Assembly: GCA_038747355.1 (NCBI GenBank)
Contig: JBCDJX010000005.1
Coordinates: 5,380 to 69,379 of the forward strand
From: Pseudomonadota bacterium
Lineage (GTDB): Bacteria; Pseudomonadota; Gammaproteobacteria; Steroidobacterales; Woeseiaceae
Reading direction: 5' to 3'
Length of the DNA: 64,000 bases
Part shown: positions 8,659 to 16,440 of the stretch, piece by piece
How the letters are laid out: each line of letters starts with the position of its first letter
How positions within the stretch are numbered: the stretch's first letter is position 1
The notes under the pieces: model-generated
The model's database searches: none
What the model was told of the DNA's origin: nothing
What the model saw: only the letters and a program-made list of their open reading frames with translations
Program-made: the position numbers and the translations under genes

Positions 8659-11121
8659 TCAGTGGCGCTGCGACACCGCGCAATCTGCCTGGCCGGCGCT
8701 TTCGGAAACGCACCAGCGAATCTCCGGATAGGCTTCGTGGTGTGCCATCACGCGGCAGTAACCCTCAATCGTCGCCTTGCCGTGCCAGACTTTGCCGGGC
8801 CGCTCCTCGAGATCGAACAGATTCACATCCTTGATGCCCTTGAAGCCATCGCTGCCGGCGTAGGTCTTGCGGCAGAAATCGTTGAGGTGATTGACCGCGA
8901 GCGTATTGCGAAAATCCGTATCCGCGCGTTCGCGAGAGGAGGATGGCCAGGCCTTACGCTCCAGCGACAGTTCACCAATCCAGATGAACTTCGTGTCCCG
9001 TCGGGGTTTGGCTTGCTCGAGGTTGGCTGAGCCGCCGGCATTATTCGGCAGCGCGACGCCGGAGTCAGTGCCGCTCGCCGCGTCTTGCCGGGTCGTCGTC
9101 GAGCCGACACGCCCGTCGCCGCCGTTGTCGAGGTCACGCATTTGCTCAGCGGTGAGGCCAGCGGTAGTCACGGTGATGTTGATAGCGTTGCCCGCGCCGC
9201 CGCTGCTCGCTGCTGCCGCCGTGGACTCGCCGGACTGGCTCGCCTCGCTGGCGACTTTGCCGGCCGCGGCCACGGTCTGGTCGACGGCCGGTGTCGATAC
9301 AGCGGTCGTCACTGTGGCGCCGGCGGCCAGTGGCTGGCTCGCCGCGATACGCTGCCTTTCGCGCTCGCGCTCCTCAGCCTGGCGTTGTTGGAAGTCGACC
9401 GCTTGCTGCGAGAGCGTCGTGTTGATTGTGCCGTCGTCGTTCCACAACAGGGAGGCGTCGGCGCCGTCGGCGACGGCCTGTGCATTCGCGATCATGCCGC
9501 TGAGGTCAAACGCCTGCACGGCGGGCTGGGTGAAGCTTGCGGTCGCACTGCCCGAGCTCGAGCCACTGCCACTGCCTTTAAAGCCGGCCGCGGCGGCGCT
9601 CAGTCCGGTATAGCCCTGTTCCGCCATGCTGCGGCAGTACGCGCGCGAGTTTGACGTCAGCGAGTTGGTCATCGCCAGGCCGGCGAGGCACTTCGACACT
9701 TCCTCGTTGATGCGCTTCTCGCGGCGTTCGGCGTAGACGTCCATCATGACGTCCCAGGCGCGATCAAAGTCCCGTTCAAGTTTTTGATAACGCGCTTCCT
9801 GGGCCTTCAGGTATTTCTGCTGGCGATCGACTTCCTTGCGCGTGGTTTCAAAGCTGGCAATGCGTTGATCTTCGAAACTCGCCATGCTGAACAGTTCCGG
9901 CAGGCGGGTCTGGGCATGCTCCAGCGCAGCCGCGCGTTTCGGGTAATCGAAGGTCTCCAGGGTATTCAGCACGCAACCGACATGCGCTTCGTACTCGCGG
10001 ACGTTGTATTTTGCGTTGTCCTCGAACCAGCCCGAATGGGATCCCCGTGCCCGCGGGTTCGGCGGGCTGCGCAAGTCGAGCTTGCCGCAGCGTTTACCGA
10101 CAGACGTTCGAAGTGAGCCGGCTTTCAGCTCGGCAACGTAGGCGTTATAGGTGTCGCGCTCTTCCTTGTACATGTCAGCGAGTTGCGCCTTGCGGGCGGC
10201 TTCGGCCTGGCGGGCCTCTTCCGCCAGTCGCTCGGCCTCGAAGTAGTTGGTCGCAGCGGCTACGGCTTCGTCGCCGGCGAAAATCTCGACGCCGGAGTCC
10301 AGCGAGTCGCCCATTGAGTAATCCAGGCTGTTTATCTGCGTGACTGCGACCGGCCATGCGAAGTAGGTGGGTAGCACACCGTTGGCCTCGTAGAACGCTT
10401 TGACATCCAGCGTCGGATACAGTGGCTGTTTTGAGTTTTCCATGAAGCTGCGTACGCAGCTCGCACAGAATTGCCACTCGGAGTAACGCATTTCACCTTC
10501 GGCGACGCCCTGCATGTCGGGTAGTTCGATCCGGAAACTGGTGGTTGCCCGCTTGGCTTTCGGCGCATTGGCGTTGTAGCCGGTGTGCGCGAGCGGTACC
10601 GACAGGTAGCGATCAAAGGTAAAGCCCGCGGTGTGGTCGAAATTCAGAGGTCGCAGTCCGACGCGCATCAGTGCCAGCTCACCCGCCGGTTTGAACTCGT
10701 AAACGATGTCCAGCGCGCGACCCGAGAGTGTTTCTTTCTTGTAGAACTTTTTGGCTCGTTTCTTTCGTTTTTTGTCGGACTTCCAGTAAGTGCTTGCGAG
10801 GTAGGCGTCGTGGTAGAGCTCGTTGTGCACGTCGGCCATCGGTCGAAACAGGGTTGTCCGATCCGGTCTCGAACCGAACGGTTCGTTCAGGTTGATCTGG
10901 TAGAAGCGCTGCACGTAAAAACGCCCGTCGCTCGCGAGCAGTTCCTTTTCGTATTCGAATCGCTCGTCGGGAAACGCTGACGGACGATAGGGCCCGTAGC
11001 CGTACTTCGGGGCCAGCTCGGCCGCGTGGAAGCGGCAGTGGGCGTTTTTGCATTTGGCGTGCGAGTCGGCAGGCCACAGGGTTACCGCGACAAGCGCCGC
11101 AAGCGTCAACAGTCGGAGCAT
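8659..11121 (-). CDS. Large secreted protein of unknown function (about 820 aa) with no recognisable domain
   Basis: The start is placed at the ATG at 11121 (MLRLLTLAALVAVTLWPADSHA, a signal peptide). It has coiled-coil-like stretches, a basic patch KKRKKRAKKFYKK, a long Ala/Ser/Gly/Thr-rich linker and a Cys-containing C-terminal domain. Codon usage matches its neighbours. Confidence 0.75.
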   Translation of the reverse strand: MLRLLTLAALVAVTLWPADSHAKCKNAHCRFHAAELAPKYGYGPYRPSAFPDERFEYEKELLASDGRFYVQRFYQINLNEPFGSRPDRTTLFRPMADVHNELYHDAYLASTYWKSDKKRKKRAKKFYKKETLSGRALDIVYEFKPAGELALMRVGLRPLNFDHTAGFTFDRYLSVPLAHTGYNANAPKAKRATTSFRIELPDMQGVAEGEMRYSEWQFCASCVRSFMENSKQPLYPTLDVKAFYEANGVLPTYFAWPVAVTQINSLDYSMGDSLDSGVEIFAGDEAVAAATNYFEAERLAEEARQAEAARKAQLADMYKEERDTYNAYVAELKAGSLRTSVGKRCGKLDLRSPPNPRARGSHSGWFEDNAKYNVREYEAHVGCVLNTLETFDYPKRAAALEHAQTRLPELFSMASFEDQRIASFETTRKEVDRQQKYLKAQEARYQKLERDFDRAWDVMMDVYAERREKRINEEVSKCLAGLAMTNSLTSNSRAYCRSMAEQGYTGLSAAAAGFKGSGSGSSSGSATASFTQPAVQAFDLSGMIANAQAVADGADASLLWNDDGTINTTLSQQAVDFQQRQAEERERERQRIAASQPLAAGATVTTAVSTPAVDQTVAAAGKVASEASQSGESTAAAASSGGAGNAINITVTTAGLTAEQMRDLDNGGDGRVGSTTTRQDAASGTDSGVALPNNAGGSANLEQAKPRRDTKFIWIGELSLERKAWPSSSRERADTDFRNTLAVNHLNDFCRKTYAGSDGFKGIKDVNLFDLEERPGKVWHGKATIEGYCRVMAHHEAYPEIRWCVSESAGQADCAVSQRH

Positions 11122-11272
11122 TTCTTGTTCTTCCTTGTTTGGTGCCGCGTAGCGACGGTTCCACGCCACGCACCCTAAAGGTCGATCCGGCCAATGTCCG
11201 TGACCAAATGCTCAATTACGCGCGGCGAGGCCCGCCGGCGTTGGCATAGCGGCTACCGAGAAGGTCGAGCTT

Positions 11273-12451
11273 TCAGCTCCTTAGCAGGTCCCTGATCGAC
11301 GCCGCATCGCGGCTGTCCGGGAAGACGTCGGACTCGATGAAACCGCGACTGAGTTGCAGGTGGTCCTCGAGCACCGACTTGAACACACTGCGCAGGTCCG
11401 TTGTCGGGTTGAGGTCGCGGTTTTGGTAAAGCTCGCGATCGGCGAGTCCTGGCCAGTCTGCAATCACGTGTCCGCCGTTGATGGCACCGCCGGCGAGTAT
11501 GGCGGCCGTGCCGGTACCGTGGTCAGTACCGCGTGTACCGTTGACCCGGACCGTGCGTCCGAACTCGGTCACCACAGCAACCGCTGTCTTGTCCCAGGCC
11601 GGCCCGAGTTCGGCTTTCAGCTTGCCGAGACCGGCATCGAGTCCGCCGAGGCGATTGGCGAGCTGGCCTTCCGCGGCCCCCTGGTTGGCGTGAGTGTCCC
11701 AGCCACCGGCTTCGATAACCGCGATACGTGGCCCGTTTTCTGCCGTCAGGAATCGTGCGGCTGATGCCATTGTCGATGCGAATTGCTGGTTCTGACGCAC
11801 GCGCCCGCTCGCCATGTTGCCGGCGATCTCCTGCGAGTCCATAGCCTGCGCGAGCCGCGTGGCAAAAAACGCATCGTCGGCATAGAGGTCCTGCAGGCGG
11901 TCGAGGGTGTTGTCGGAGACATCCGGCAGCCGCGACGGTGCCCAACTGCTCACCGACTGCGAGCCGCGCAGGATCAACGGCATGTTTTGCGACAACGCAA
12001 TCGCGGCCTCTTTGCCGCTTCCGCCCCCCAGCGGGTGGAGTGCCCGGTTGAGCCACCCGTCGCGAACGCCAACAACAGACCGGGTGCCCTTTTCCAGCAG
12101 GTCCTGCCCGTCGAAGTGCGAACGCTCGCGGTAGGGGCTGGCCACAGCGTGGAGGAACGTGGCTTCACCGTTTTCGAACAGGGTGTGGAGGGTGGGCATG
12201 GCCGGGTGCAGGCCGAACAAATCGTCGACCGGGAGCACGCCGCCCGGCCTGCCCGGGCCGGTAAGCGCGAGCTCGCCACGGAGCTTCGCGTAATCGGGGT
12301 CGCCAACCGGCGGCAGTACCGCCAGACCGTCCAGCGCGCCGCGCAGGATGACAACGACGAAGCGCCGGTCGTCGGGTGTCGCAGCAAACACCGGCGCGCA
12401 GCTGATGAGACCGGCGGCGCCGAGTCCTTTCAGGAGTTGTCGTCTGTCCAT
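11273..12451 (-). CDS. DUF1501 family protein (sulfatase/phosphatase-like fold) with Tat signal
   Basis: The start is at the ATG at 12451: MDRRQLLKGLGAAGLISCAPVFA is a twin-arginine-type signal. GTDHG near the C-terminus is characteristic of DUF1501. The gene sits 4 nt after the DUF1800 stop. Confidence 0.85.
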   Translation of the reverse strand: MDRRQLLKGLGAAGLISCAPVFAATPDDRRFVVVILRGALDGLAVLPPVGDPDYAKLRGELALTGPGRPGGVLPVDDLFGLHPAMPTLHTLFENGEATFLHAVASPYRERSHFDGQDLLEKGTRSVVGVRDGWLNRALHPLGGGSGKEAAIALSQNMPLILRGSQSVSSWAPSRLPDVSDNTLDRLQDLYADDAFFATRLAQAMDSQEIAGNMASGRVRQNQQFASTMASAARFLTAENGPRIAVIEAGGWDTHANQGAAEGQLANRLGGLDAGLGKLKAELGPAWDKTAVAVVTEFGRTVRVNGTRGTDHGTGTAAILAGGAINGGHVIADWPGLADRELYQNRDLNPTTDLRSVFKSVLEDHLQLSRGFIESDVFPDSRDAASIRDLLRS

Positions 12452-12455
12452 GGCC

Positions 12456-13829
12456 TTATCTCCGCTGGAATTCCGGGCTGGCGAGCAGCAGTGTTGTGCC
12501 TTGCATGACGCTCTCGGCGCGTTTGATGGACTGTACGGTGCGCGTTGACAGCGAGCTGCCGAGCGCAGCCTGGCCGAGTTCGATCGGGTCGATACGGCTG
12601 CCCGCGTAATTCGCCACCGCGGACGACCATTCGATGCGCTTGTAAAGGGCATCGGGGCCACCCCAGGCGGCGGCGGTGTCGGGCCATCCTTCGGGTGAGC
12701 CCGGTCGGTAGGCCGTCTGGCCCATGGCGTCCAGCGCACCAGCCACGAAGCGCCCATCGCTTGGTACATGATCGAAAGCGCGAAACGCCGAGATGACAAA
12801 GTCGTGTGGCGTCTTGTATTTCGAGGTCTGTTCGCCGAAGGCTTCGTCGGATTCGATCAGCGCGCGATAGACGGGCCGTAGCTCGGTGTCGTTTTCGCGG
12901 TACACGGCCGCCAGTCGTTCGACCAGGCCGGCTGACGGCTCGTCGGCGACAAAATGGCGGACCAGCTTGCGGGCGATGAACGTTGCTGTCGAGGGGTGGC
13001 GCGCGAGGTCATACAGCACAGCCTCGCCCTGCCGAACGCCGCCTTGCGCGTACTTCTTGCCGAGGATGCGCTGGGTTCCCGGCTCGTGGATGTTGTCGCG
13101 AAATTCGAATTTGCCGGGTTCTCCCTCCGCAAATCGGCCTTGCGGGTTGGCGCCACCGATCGACCAGCCGGTGATCACCCGGGCAAACGCCGTGACATCC
13201 TCTTGCGTGTAGCCACCCGCGACGCCGAGCGTGTGCAGCTCCAGGATTTCCCGCGCCAGGTTTTCGTTGAGTCCCAGCGCCTGGTCCGGTCGAAAGCGAC
13301 GCGCGCGTTTACCCAGTTTCGAGTCGGGCCCTATTGAGCGCTGATTGTCGAGGTACAGGATCATGGCCGGGTGCTGCGCGGCGGCCGTTAACAGTTCGGT
13401 GAAGTTGCCGAGGACGTTAGGCCGGATCGCTTCGTTCTCAAACAGGCCGGCAATCGCGGGAATCGGTTGCTTGTCCGCAGAGACCGCGAAGTGGTTGGAC
13501 CAGAAATGCACCAACCGCTCTGTGAACGGCCGCTCCGTCGCCGCCGCATGGCGGTAGCGCGCCGTCACCTGCTCGACGTAATGCCGGCGAATTTTGCGGG
13601 TGTACTGCTGGACGAGATCGTCGTCATCGGCGCGTGCGGCCCGACGCTGCATGCGCAGTTCGTTGACTTCGACGATGACGTCGCTGCTCGCCGGCAGGCC
13701 ACGCGGCGTATCGACATCGGTGAGTTGCTCGACGAGCCAGCCCTCGGCGTCATTACCCATCTGCGCAAGGTCGCCCGGGCGGGCGCCGAGTCCGAATCGG
13801 TTAGCGGCGATGATGGCGTTTTTGGTCAA
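12456..13829 (-). CDS. DUF1800 family protein
   Basis: TTG start at 13829. NRFGLGARPGD, FWSNHFAVS and ELHTLGV are hallmarks of DUF1800 as I recall them, and the family is canonically paired with a downstream DUF1501. Confidence 0.85.
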   Translation of the reverse strand: MTKNAIIAANRFGLGARPGDLAQMGNDAEGWLVEQLTDVDTPRGLPASSDVIVEVNELRMQRRAARADDDDLVQQYTRKIRRHYVEQVTARYRHAAATERPFTERLVHFWSNHFAVSADKQPIPAIAGLFENEAIRPNVLGNFTELLTAAAQHPAMILYLDNQRSIGPDSKLGKRARRFRPDQALGLNENLAREILELHTLGVAGGYTQEDVTAFARVITGWSIGGANPQGRFAEGEPGKFEFRDNIHEPGTQRILGKKYAQGGVRQGEAVLYDLARHPSTATFIARKLVRHFVADEPSAGLVERLAAVYRENDTELRPVYRALIESDEAFGEQTSKYKTPHDFVISAFRAFDHVPSDGRFVAGALDAMGQTAYRPGSPEGWPDTAAAWGGPDALYKRIEWSSAVANYAGSRIDPIELGQAALGSSLSTRTVQSIKRAESVMQGTTLLLASPEFQRR

Positions 13830-13833
13830 GGTT

Positions 13834-13881
13834 CCAATCCCCGTGCGTACTTCCTGAAATAACGCGTCGTTCGGGGATTGG
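13834..13881 (-). promoter_or_regulatory. 10-bp stem hairpin that sequesters the predicted SD of the DUF1800 gene
   Basis: In the minus-strand RNA, CCAATCCCCG (13881-13872), a 28-nt loop and CGGGGATTGG (13843-13834) are followed by AACC and the TTG start. The GGGGA Shine-Dalgarno lies in the 3' arm. Confidence 0.35.
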
Positions 13882-13923
13882 TTGACCGTAGGCCGCGTTT
13901 ATATGACACGCGGCGGTGAGCAA

Positions 13924-14889
13924 TCAGTCGTTGCTTTCGACTCCGGCAAGCGTGGCGTCGAGCATTTCCACCAGCTCATCGCGGGTGTAGCTGTGCGGCC
14001 CCCACTGGTTCAGCTGCACGAGCTCGTTGATTTTCGTGCCGATCGTCCAGCCCTGTTCCTCGGCGTTCGGCACCACCATGTAGCGGCGCAGCGGTTTGTC
14101 GTCGAACAGCGCGTGTACGAAGGCCTCCGACACCTCGTCCGGCTCCTTGTACGAGAGCTCGCGCTCCGCGGTCTGTTGGTAGGCCTGCTGCATTTCGTCG
14201 GTGATCTCGTTGCCCGCCGCGCGTGCCATATCGAACTCGCGGGCCATGCTGCTGCGCCGGATGTTTGACTTGTAGTTGCCGGGCTCAACAACCGCTACCC
14301 AGACACCGTGCGGCTGCATCTCGGCGCCGAGGCTGTCGGTGAACGCCTCGATCCAGTGTTTGCTGCCGGCGTAGGCGCTGAAGCCCGGGAAAGCCGCCAG
14401 TGTGCCGGCGATCGAGCCGGTGGTGATGATGCGGCCCTTGGATTCCATGATCAGCGGGGCAAACGCTCGCGTCACCCGGTACACGCCTTCGACGTTGACG
14501 TCGTATACGAAGGTCTGGTCTTCGATAGCCGTATCCAGGACCTCGCCGCCGCCACCAACGCCGGCGTTGTTGACCAGCCCCCAAAGCCCGGTGCCTTTTT
14601 CGCGCAGCATGTCGACGGCGGCGTCGATTTCGTCCTGTTTGGTGACGTCGAGCTTGACGGCCGTGACGTTTTCGATGGCGTCGAGTGCGTCCAGGTCCTT
14701 TTGTTTACGGGCGCCGGCGTACACGTGGTAGCCGCTGCCGGCCAGCGTCTCGGTCAGGTTGCGACCGATTCCGGTGCTGGCGCCGGTGACCAGGATGGAT
14801 TTTTTCTCACCGTGGTCGTGAGCATGGACCGGGGGCATTGCGAAGATAAGGCAGGCAAGAGCAAGCAGGCAGGTCAGGTAGTGCTTCAT
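13924..14889 (-). CDS. Short-chain dehydrogenase/reductase (SDR) with an N-terminal signal-peptide-like or anchor segment
   Basis: It has the TGASTGIG cofactor-binding motif and YAGSK (YxxxK catalytic motif). The N-terminus is MKHYLTCLLALACLIFAMPPVHA. Confidence 0.88.
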   Translation of the reverse strand: MKHYLTCLLALACLIFAMPPVHAHDHGEKKSILVTGASTGIGRNLTETLAGSGYHVYAGARKQKDLDALDAIENVTAVKLDVTKQDEIDAAVDMLREKGTGLWGLVNNAGVGGGGEVLDTAIEDQTFVYDVNVEGVYRVTRAFAPLIMESKGRIITTGSIAGTLAAFPGFSAYAGSKHWIEAFTDSLGAEMQPHGVWVAVVEPGNYKSNIRRSSMAREFDMARAAGNEITDEMQQAYQQTAERELSYKEPDEVSEAFVHALFDDKPLRRYMVVPNAEEQGWTIGTKINELVQLNQWGPHSYTRDELVEMLDATLAGVESND

Positions 14890-14924
14890 GATTTTCCCCC
14901 GGGTGTGTGTTTGTGCGCCGCTGG

Positions 14925-15308
14925 CTAGTCTTCTTCGATCCCGTCCAGCTGCTTACGTATCTGGCCCAGGCGCATTTGCATATCGTTCTCCAGCGCCTGG
15001 AGTTCCCTGCGAACCGATTTCACGGTGCAGGCCTTTTTCTTCTTGTTGCTCAGCAGGTCTTCCAGCTCAGCGCGAATTTCTTTCAGTACCGGCGATGTGG
15101 CGAGCACCGTGCCGGCGATCTTGTCCGGCTCCTTGGTCTGCTGGATACGCGGAAATTCGAAGCTCTTGCTGGTTGGCAGCAGTGAGCCTTTGTCTCGCTT
15201 ATAGGTGATACGCAGCGTGTCGATGCGATGCATGCTGTTGATGGCATAGGCATCGATCTGGTCGAAATTCTTGATATCCATCTCTGACAGGCGAGGGTAT
15301 TCGCTCAC
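14925..15308 (-). CDS. Conserved hypothetical protein (DUF3461-like; family name tentative)
   Basis: 127-aa ORF with good start context and a C-terminal coiled coil (RRELQALENDMQMRLGQIRKQLDGIEED). Its GC content is visibly lower than that of its neighbours. Confidence 0.7.
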   Translation of the reverse strand: MSEYPRLSEMDIKNFDQIDAYAINSMHRIDTLRITYKRDKGSLLPTSKSFEFPRIQQTKEPDKIAGTVLATSPVLKEIRAELEDLLSNKKKKACTVKSVRRELQALENDMQMRLGQIRKQLDGIEED

Positions 15309-15363
15309 AGCGCTTCTCCGGTTGCTAAGCGTGAAAGACTATACCGCATGCGACTGGGCTTGT

Positions 15364-16440
15364 TTACGGTTGGTTGGCGCCCACCGCTTCGATCACTTCC
15401 ACCGGCTGGCCGGGCGAGAGACGTTCGGCGCCCCGGATGACCACCCGGTCGCCGGCCTCGATTCCGTTGTTCACCCCGACCCAGAGGTCCACCGTGGAAT
15501 TGATGTTGATACTCACCTGTTCAGCCGTGTTGTTGTCCCCCAGCTTGTAGACGAACGAACGACCACTGCGTTGCACCAGGGCGTCCCGCGGAACCGCCAC
15601 TGTGGATATCGGCTGGCTTGCGGGAAGCAGGACCTGCACCGGGGTGCCGACCAGCCAGCCGCTGTCCTCGAGGCCCAGTCGCACCTCAACCATGCGAGAC
15701 ACATCATCACCGACCGGGACGACCGTGCGCACGGCGTGCTCGCGGACTGTGTCGCCGCTGCGCACCGATACCACCAAGCCCGGTGAGATAAACGGCGCCA
15801 GGGCGATCGGTGCCGGCAATGCGACCTCAATACGGTGCGTGTCGACCAGGCGCAGCACGTCTTCGCCGACACTGACGTATTCACCGAGCGACGAAAGACG
15901 CTCGGTGACGTGGCCGGCAAAGGCGGCACGAATGTCGGTGCGCGCGAGGTTGGTTCTCGCTCTTTGTAAGGCCGCCTGCGCGTCATTCAGCGCATGCAGC
16001 GACTGGTCGCGTTGTGCCAGCGCTTCGTCCAGCAGCGTTTGCGAAATACTGTTGTTCTCGGCCAGCTCCTCGCTGCGTTCCAGTTGACGCTGTCGGTACG
16101 CGTAGTCGGATTGCAGTCGTGCAAGGTTTGCCTCAGCGCGCGTCATCTCGATGCGGATCAGTGACGGATCGATACGCGCGATGACATCACCCTGTTCGAC
16201 CGGGTCGCCGACATCCGCCAGCCACGTGAGTGCGCCTTCCACTTCGCTCGCGATGCGCGAGTCATTCAGGCTGACGACCGTGCCGGGCACTTCGACAGTG
16301 GGCGACATCTCTCGTATGACCGCCGTTGCGACTTCGACACGCGCCGGCGGGATGCCGTCCTGCTGTGCAAGACTTTCGGTGCCCGGCATCGCCAGCAGGG
16401 CGACAAGCAGAATCAGCGGTGATCGGGGAATTCTCATCAA
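15364..16440 (-). CDS. Efflux RND transporter periplasmic adaptor subunit (MFP/HlyD_D23 family)
   Basis: It has a signal peptide, a coiled-coil hairpin (ANLARLQSDYAYRQRQLERSEEL...AQAALQRARTNLARTDIRAAFAG) and beta-barrel domains. Its start overlaps the stop of the RND permease (ATGA). Confidence 0.9.
   Translation of the reverse strand: MMRIPRSPLILLVALLAMPGTESLAQQDGIPPARVEVATAVIREMSPTVEVPGTVVSLNDSRIASEVEGALTWLADVGDPVEQGDVIARIDPSLIRIEMTRAEANLARLQSDYAYRQRQLERSEELAENNSISQTLLDEALAQRDQSLHALNDAQAALQRARTNLARTDIRAAFAGHVTERLSSLGEYVSVGEDVLRLVDTHRIEVALPAPIALAPFISPGLVVSVRSGDTVREHAVRTVVPVGDDVSRMVEVRLGLEDSGWLVGTPVQVLLPASQPISTVAVPRDALVQRSGRSFVYKLGDNNTAEQVSININSTVDLWVGVNNGIEAGDRVVIRGAERLSPGQPVEVIEAVGANQP

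Noticed and set aside
8559-8834. 91-aa plus-strand ORF spanning the intergenic region and the 3' end of the orphan gene
   Set aside because: It has no SD, overlaps a well-supported minus-strand gene and has an Arg/Pro-rich composition.
9100-9700. Low-complexity GC-rich stretch that might be a DNA tandem repeat or CRISPR-like array
   Set aside because: There is no regular repeat-spacer periodicity at the DNA level. It encodes the Ala/Ser/Gly/Thr-rich linker of the 820-aa protein in frame.
12452-12799. 116-residue N-terminal extension of the DUF1501 ORF in the track (start at 12799). Similar extensions exist for the ORFs at 7636, 8004, 11169, 20484, 27809, 37112, 46064, 53905, 60491, 61326 and 61329
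   Set aside because: The extensions overlap upstream genes or terminators and are Arg/Pro-rich. The internal ATGs give proper signal peptides, Tat motifs or canonical family N-termini with SD sequences.
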